Source of the DNA: Eledone cirrhosa
Lineage: Eukaryota
Direction of reading: 5' to 3'
Assembly (NCBI GenBank): GCA_964016885.1
Contig: OZ024742.1
Coordinates: 315,332,001 to 315,396,000 of the forward strand
Length of the DNA: 64,000 bases
The translations under genes and the position numbers were made by a program. The notes below the pieces were generated by a model that worked only from the letters and a program-made list of their open reading frames with translations, searched no databases and was not told the DNA's origin. Below are positions 57,428 to 64,000 of the stretch, piece by piece; position 1 is the first letter of the stretch; each line of letters begins with the position of its first letter.

Positions 57428-57453
57428 TGAACTAACTGTTGTGTAACCACATC

Positions 57454-57555
<102 letters not shown>

Positions 57556-57679
57556 GTGTTCATTCAAAAGAGATCATCAGGAAATGAAACAGTTCTAGTT
57601 TCTATATTAAGCATGTTTACACTCTACCAATGTATTGAGTACCTTACTAACTGTGGTTACCCCCGATTGAACCCGGCAC

Positions 57680-57762
<83 letters not shown>

Positions 57763-57790
57763 ATGTATAAAAATCAATACAATATAATTA

Positions 57791-57860
57791 CCTCATTACC
57801 AGAAGTTTCCCGAATGAGGCGAATACGAAAGAAACGTCTTCATTCGTTCGTCAGACGAGG
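57791..57860 (-). ncRNA. Type I hammerhead with CUGACGA core and GUA site
   Basis: Stem I CCUCGU/AUGAGG; stem II CGAAUGA/UCAUUCG; GAAAC(UUCUG)GU-A; next to (TA)n. Confidence 0.8.
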
Positions 57861-58391
57861 CAATATAAAAAACATGGGTAAATACTTGGAAAGTCTCATC
57901 AAGAAAAGTAAAATATATATAGACAAATGAATTAGAATATGAAATATATAAAAATCTTTCAAGAAATATAGTTAGGTGTGTGTATATGTATTTATATACG
58001 CTCACAGATGTGCATATATGTGTATGCACATATGTATACGTATAGTGAAAAAGTGTGCGTAAATATATAATTTAGGGCAAATGTATCTGTGTATCTGTAA
58101 TCTACAGACAGAATAGATACATCATAAGAATATGAAGGCACGCGCATAAACACACCTACACACACGTACACTTATATGCGGAAGTAAGAGAGGTAAGGGA
58201 GTGTAATAATTAAAGGAAAGTATTAATCTCGATATATTTATAAAAATGGAACAATAATTTACAAAGAAAAAATTAAAGAAAAGAAGACAAACAAGGTACA
58301 CGCATACACACACGCGTATATCTCACAAAAGAAACGCAAAAATATACATGCTTATATACACACGCACACTTACACATCTATACGTTCGATA

Positions 58392-58426
<35 letters not shown>

Positions 58427-58742
58427 TTACACTCACGCATATTGACCTGTTTGCATGCACACGCATAAAATAAGAGGATGTAAAAAAAGGGGGGGAGAAG
58501 AAAAAAGAAACAAAACATAAAACCTAGATGTAAAAACACGGATATAAAGACACATACACATACACATACATATATATATATATATATACACGCACGCGAG
58601 CGCACATACGTAGGCGCTCATGTACATATATAGAAAGTATACACACATTAAGGCGTTCAGACACATAGATACAGGGTGTAAAAAACTTGTGGATAAGTAA
58701 GTACAAATATAAAATTACAAATATAAAATTGTAAGATTGGCT

Positions 58743-58799
<57 letters not shown>

Positions 58800-58802
<3 letters not shown>

Positions 58803-59230
58803 CGTGTGGCATAAATACTGTTACAAAATATCAAATTAGTTTAATTCATAATATCAATTACTTTGATATTGGTCTTATTGCTCAAATATTAACCTATCTT
58901 TGATCTTTGCTCTTTGAATTCTACTGCTGGTGATCGAACTTTGTGGAGAGTGATGTCTCATCTGCAACTGGCGGAGTTTAACGTCACAAGAGATTAACCT
59001 AATACTATATACTAACTGTTTTTTTGAGGTCATATAAGGATTCATTGCAGAAATGTCCTTAGAATTAAAAAGAAAATTTATAATTGAACAGCATCAAAAA
59101 GAGAGACTCCACCTCAGATATTTAAAGGTGGTTAAATGCTTGGAATTAACAGAATACTCATCAAAATGGCCATAGATCACTTCAAAGAAACTTCCTCAAC
59201 AAAAGACAAGCCAAGACCAGGACTAAGACA
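58800..59230 (+). mobile_element. Tc1/mariner 5' end remnant
   Basis: TA|CAG start; HTH-like MSLELKRKFIIEQH...IDHFKETSSTKDKPRPG. Confidence 0.6.
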
Positions 59231-59592
59231 ATACAAAATATGAACAGTCCCATCTCATCAGTAAACCTCTGGAAATCGCTATAGTTTCAGTGCATTAAGG
59301 TTGATATTATTCATTCCAGTGCAATAAAAGAAGGAGACACAGAACAAGTTGTGCATTTCGGCGAATTACACAAAGAAACTATATACAGAAAATGCTACAG
59401 ACCAATGTGCTTAAACTGAAAAGGAAAAGGTAGAAACGCGGTAGCCTAGACAAAAAGAGTAAAAATAGAATGGTAAAAAAATAGCAATAAAATAGTACAA
59501 CCCTACAAACGAAGACAGAAAAATGACGGAGAGAGAAAGGAACGATGAGAGATACTGGGCGGTGTAAATTCTAGTTTTATATATATACACAC

Positions 59593-59652
<60 letters not shown>

Positions 59653-60314
59653 TGTGTGTGTGTGTGTGTGAATAAAATTAGTCCTTCATCAGTGACCTTC
59701 CAACCTTCATTGGTATTTCATCGCTTTAAAAATCATATACCTCTGGTTGGTGCGAGCAATAACTAAATAAAGTTATTGGGACAAGTAAAATAGCGTGAAG
59801 CGAGCGGGACGTGTAAACAAACAAAGATGGTATTGCAACGGAAAGATAGGAAGAGACAAGTACATGATATCTATAAGCTTAAGCTTGGTGAAATCATGGA
59901 CGAGAGATACAGACCATCCGACATATGTGAGATGTGAGCGAGAAAAGGATTTCACACAGGTCAAACGAGAGGAAGTGAGAGAGGGGGAGAACCAGAGAGT
60001 GAGTGAGTGGAAGTGTGAGGAAGAGGCCAGCTGAGAGAGAGTGTGACTGTCAGAGGGGGTAAAAAGAAGGTGAGAGCTACAGAGAGAGGAGAAGCAGTAA
60101 AAAAGAAACAGACAATCGCAGGTGAGGAAAAAATATAAATATAAGAAAAATGGAGTGCTGCGTGGTTGCACATGGGTAACATATGAATAAAATTAGTCCT
60201 TCATCAGTGATCTTCCAACCTTCATTGGTATTTCATCGCTTTGAAAATCATATACCTCTGGTAAATAAAGTTATTGGGACAAGTAAAAACCACAAACCCT
60301 CCATCTCAATTCTA

Positions 60315-60350
60315 CTTTTGAATAGCACAAGAACTGCGAAACCGGTAAAG
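60315..60350 (+). ncRNA. Decayed copy of the 15782 minimal hammerhead (UUGAAUA)
   Basis: Same stems; GAAACCGGUA-AAG. Confidence 0.6.
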
Positions 60351-60474
60351 GAACCAAATAAATATATTTTTAAAAAAAAGATTCTATTTGCATTTTCGAT
60401 TTCATCTTTTTTCCTTATACTTTCACTCGTGTAGGACACCTCGTTTTTTTTTCATTTTGTAAAAAAACCTCACC

Positions 60475-60506
<32 letters not shown>

Positions 60507-60547
60507 CGATATTAAACAAATGGAAACTATATTTATAAAACCATATT

Positions 60548-60613
60548 TATTTCATTATACATATTTCAGGGATACCATATTAAAAATATGGCATGCCTTC
60601 GTCAGATAAAATA
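60548..60613 (-). ncRNA. Type I hammerhead with CUGACGA core and AUA site
   Basis: Stem I UAUUUUAU/AUGAAAUA; stem II AGG.AUGCCAUAU/AUAUGGUAU.CCU; GAAAUAUGUAUA. Confidence 0.82.
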
Positions 60614-60694
60614 CAATATATAACCAGTTTTATAAATAATTTTGACGTACCATAAATATAGCGACCATTAAGGTAGGAGGCTGGCTACCAAGAC

Positions 60695-60826
60695 AGAATT
60701 AGCCGTCGAAACGGCTTGAGCTCAGCCGTCGGGGTCTTACTTGTTCCTATTACCCACTCTACTACCCTAAGTATTGAGTACTTTGGTGCGTTATGGTCCA
60801 CCTGGTTCCTTACCACATTTCCTTCG

Positions 60827-60828
<2 letters not shown>
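60695..60828 (+). mobile_element. 3' fragment of the 49112 PLE pseudo-LTR family
   Basis: Near-identical to 49180-49313; ends in (TA)n. Confidence 0.88.
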
Positions 60829-60880
<52 letters not shown>

Positions 60881-60882
60881 TG

Positions 60883-60948
60883 TATTTTATCTAATGAGAG
60901 CGCACCATAATTTGCCTTGGTGGGCCTTGAAATATGTATAATAAAATA
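60883..60948 (+). ncRNA. Hammerhead of the 63246 family with G5-to-A change (CUAAUGA), probably inactive
   Basis: Perfect 8-bp stem I UAUUUUAU/AUAAAAUA. Confidence 0.7.
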
Positions 60949-60990
60949 AATATGGTTTTATAAATATAGTTTCCATTTGTTAATATATTG

Positions 60991-61038
<48 letters not shown>

Positions 61039-61111
61039 TATACATATATATATATATATATATAATATATATATATAAAATATATATATATATATATAAA
61101 ATATATATATA

Positions 61112-61202
<91 letters not shown>

Positions 61203-61820
61203 TATATAAATATATACAAGTTAATATAAATTAATATATGATAAACACTAATATAGACATATTAGTGTTTGTATTGTATATGACCAAGTTAGCTAGATTG
61301 AAAAATACTAATTAAATTAATACAGTTTGCCTGTCTCGATTTAAAATAATAAATCAATAACAACAAACCCATATTGGTAATAACCGTGATACCCGGACAA
61401 ATTAAAATTTCAAAATCCAAACCTGTTCCGTAGACAAATTTAAATTTCAAAACCCAAATAAGTTTCGCAACGATAATTTAAAAAAGTGAAAGATTCCAAT
61501 TTCTGTGGTCATCGGCAGGTATCCAGAAAATTAGCATGTTTCACTTCGAAATACTTCGGAAGACTGATTATCAAGTGATAACGCACATGGTTTTCAGCTC
61601 CTAGCTACCCCATACTCATGCTGCTAGAAATAACAGCCGTTTATATGGGATTAAAATTTAGCTCAACAAAAGGAGCCGTAATACTATATCATATTTAGAG
61701 TTATAAACTCAAACAGTCCTTTACAATTAATTAGCTCAAAGAAAGAAGCATTTCTGAGCCGTGAAATACAAGTTAATATAAATTAATATATGATAAACAC
61801 TAATATAGACATATTAGTGT

Positions 61821-62696
61821 TTGGAGCTGAAAACCATGTGCGTTTCGGACCATACCAAAATCAACATACTGATTGCGGATTTGGTACGGGTGATGAGAAA
61901 CGTGTCCCGCATGTGCAACCCCGAAGAACTAGAGGGACACATACAACACTTCATCCATCGTATGCAGTTCTCTGGTTACAATCAGAGAGATAAAATCAGA
62001 GTGTATAGAGGAGCCAGAACCAAATGGGAAAAAATGGTAAATAATGACACAAATGGGACCTGCCCCTTGTATAGGAGCAAATTTTGGAATAGACTAGAAA
62101 GAACTAGGAATAAGGTTAATAGAATAAACTCATGGTATGATAGCAATAAATACCAGAGTGTAATGTTCATCGACACAACCCCTAGAGGTGAATTAGCTTA
62201 CACATTTAGAAGGGCCCTAGATAAATATAAACTCAATATTAAGATAGTAGAAAGACCAGGTACCTCCATAAAAACAGTTATTAGCAAGACATACCCTTTT
62301 CAAAGACCCCCCTGTATAAATAAGAAATGTATAACCTGTAAATTAAGCCCCCATATTAACTGTAAAACTAGAAATGCAGTATATAGCATAAGATGTACTG
62401 AAAGACAATGTAGAGACAAAAATACAGTATACATAGGTGAGACAGCTCGTAGTGTAAGGGAACGGATAAATGAACACTGGCGAGACCTTCAGGATAGTAA
62501 AGAATCATCTGTACTCTACCAACATGCTAAAATAGAACATAGGGGTAAATTAGAGAACATAGAAATAAAAATAGAATCTACACACAGAAAAGACGCAATG
62601 TTTAGACAAATCACAGAGGCAATAAACATAAAAGAATTACAACCAAAATTAAATAGAAAACATGAGTGGAACAGCAACATCACAACTTACAATTAA
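61821..62696 (+). CDS. PLE RT thumb, linker and GIY-YIG endonuclease
   Basis: RMQFSGY; CINKKCITC...C; VYSIRC...YIGETARS..ERINEH; EAI.I....P.LN. Confidence 0.92.
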   Translation: MELKTMCVSDHTKINILIADLVRVMRNVSRMCNPEELEGHIQHFIHRMQFSGYNQRDKIRVYRGARTKWEKMVNNDTNGTCPLYRSKFWNRLERTRNKVNRINSWYDSNKYQSVMFIDTTPRGELAYTFRRALDKYKLNIKIVERPGTSIKTVISKTYPFQRPPCINKKCITCKLSPHINCKTRNAVYSIRCTERQCRDKNTVYIGETARSVRERINEHWRDLQDSKESSVLYQHAKIEHRGKLENIEIKIESTHRKDAMFRQITEAINIKELQPKLNRKHEWNSNITTYN

Positions 62697-63060
62697 GGAC
62701 AAAATGAAAACACACACGCACATAGAACAAACAACCAACGTGTAACATGTAAATAAACAAATAAATAAACGAATATAAACACACAGAGACACCCGGATGT
62801 GGCGCATGCGCAGACTGAGCACACAACACACACACAGAAACAAGATGGCGTAGGACAGAACAAAGGAGAGGCACAAAAACAAAAAACAAAGAAAAGAATC
62901 CCCAGTCACTGAAGAGGTCACAGAATGTGTGACGAAAGAAGTTTGACAATATATACATAACCATCTGGTTGTGGAACCAACCAACCAACCGGAAATTTAT
63001 AAATTCCTAAATTTATAAATTTATTATAATAAATTGAAGTGAAATCAACTGGTGCGTGTG
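61845..63060 (+). mobile_element. 5'-truncated Penelope-like element (Neptune-like Cys-rich linker) with 3' pseudo-LTR
   Basis: ORF followed by an A/C-rich UTR and a hammerhead. Confidence 0.88.
62905..62947 (+). ncRNA. Minimal type I hammerhead with CUGAAGA core
   Basis: GUCA-CUGAAGA-G-GUCACA(GAAUG)UGUGAC-GAAA-GAAG-UU-UGAC. Confidence 0.8.
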
Positions 63061-63245
63061 TTTCTTATTGGCAACATGACCCTCCCAAAGTATAACAATA
63101 TCGGTTTCAACACACGTTTTCAGATAAAGAATCTTGCTAAACAAATTCAGAAACGAAATATATATATATAAATATACATATATATATATAAATATATAAA
63201 TATATATATATTAATAAATGGAAACTATATTTATAAAACCATATT

Positions 63246-63311
63246 TATTTTATTATATATATTTCAAGGGCAACCAAGGCAAATTATGGTGCGCTTTCAT
63301 CAGATCAAATA
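63246..63311 (-). ncRNA. Type I hammerhead with CUGAUGA core and AUA site
   Basis: Stem I UAUUUGAU/AUAAAAUA; stem II AAG.GCACCA/UGGUUGC.CUU; self-complementary AUAUAUAU stem III. Confidence 0.8.
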
Positions 63312-63704
63312 CAGATTTGTTTTATAAATAAATATTGACATACCCTGAAAAAAAGACAACCTTAACGGTTGGAGCTTCCTGGATAGTGGAGATAATATTT
63401 TATTGAAGGTAATACAAAGTTATGAGAGAGTATGCAAATGAGTGTCCGAAACGTTGAAAAGATAACGGTTTATTTAAATTAAACTGTTGGAAAAGAGGAT
63501 ATGTAAGCGAGAGAGAAGAAAAGGAAGGGGAAAGAGAGAAGAAGAAAGAAAGAACGATAGTGATAGTGAAGATAGTCAAAGTGAACGAGGAAATAAACAA
63601 AGCGTAAATATATCTAAGTGAAAGAAGAAGTGAAAGAAGAAATAAGATTAACGTGGAAGAATAATATTTAGAATGTAGGGTTCATTACGTTGTGATTATA
63701 ATAT

Positions 63705-63900
63705 TTATAATGATAAGTTGAAAAATTAGATTAAAATTAAAAAATTAGATTAAAATTAAAAATTAAAAATCAAAATTAAAGATTAAAATTTACTTTAATA
63801 TTAAAAATTGAATTTAATATTAATATTAAAATGAAAAATGGAAAATTAAAAATTAAAAATTAAAAATTAAAAATTAAAAATTAAAAATTAAAATTAAAAC
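63705..63900. repeat. (AAAATT)n degenerate hexamer repeat
   Basis: Visible tandem hexamers. Confidence 0.9.
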
Positions 63901-64000
63901 AGAAGTATTTATATTATATTAAGATGTATTATTAATAATATATTGGTTTAGATGTGTATGTTATGGATTATAAATTATTTAAATGTATAGTATTTTATAT

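Larger units (their letters stand above)
56055..57450. mobile_element. Penelope-like element 3' part as a large fold-back (arms about 56126-56644 and 56932-57450)
   Basis: About 520-bp inverted repeat covering the GIY-YIG end, 3' UTR and hammerhead; AT microsatellite flanks. Confidence 0.92.

Noticed and set aside
61520-61585. Minus-strand TTGATAA...GAAACATG as another U3-A8 hammerhead
   Set aside because: No stem I pairing and no clear NUH site.

Overview
This is AT-rich, microsatellite-dense animal DNA. The SINE families and repeat content suggest a cephalopod such as Octopus (inference). I found no convincing host gene; the window is essentially a stack of transposable elements. 1-5434: a near-complete Ty3/Gypsy LTR retrotransposon (tRNA-Trp PBS, GGGAAAC -1 frameshift site) inserted into ORF1 of a Tx1/L1-clade LINE. 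5435-13416: three head-to-tail Tx1-like copies, each separated by (GATA)n. 18931-21114: a Chapaev3-type DNA transposon with TIRs and a TTA TSD. 41266-43347: two R4/Dong LINE 3' ends in (TAA)n. Elsewhere there are many SINEs and RTE, hAT and Tc1 remnants. The strongest unexplained signal is a set of Penelope-like (PLE) derivatives sitting in (TA)n tracts as fold-back structures. Together they carry about 13 type I hammerhead ribozyme motifs from roughly eight sequence families. Three dissimilar families replace the canonical CUGANGA core with UUGANAA, a compensated U3-A8 pair that CUGANGA-based searches would miss. All structures were read by eye; no folding or database search was run.
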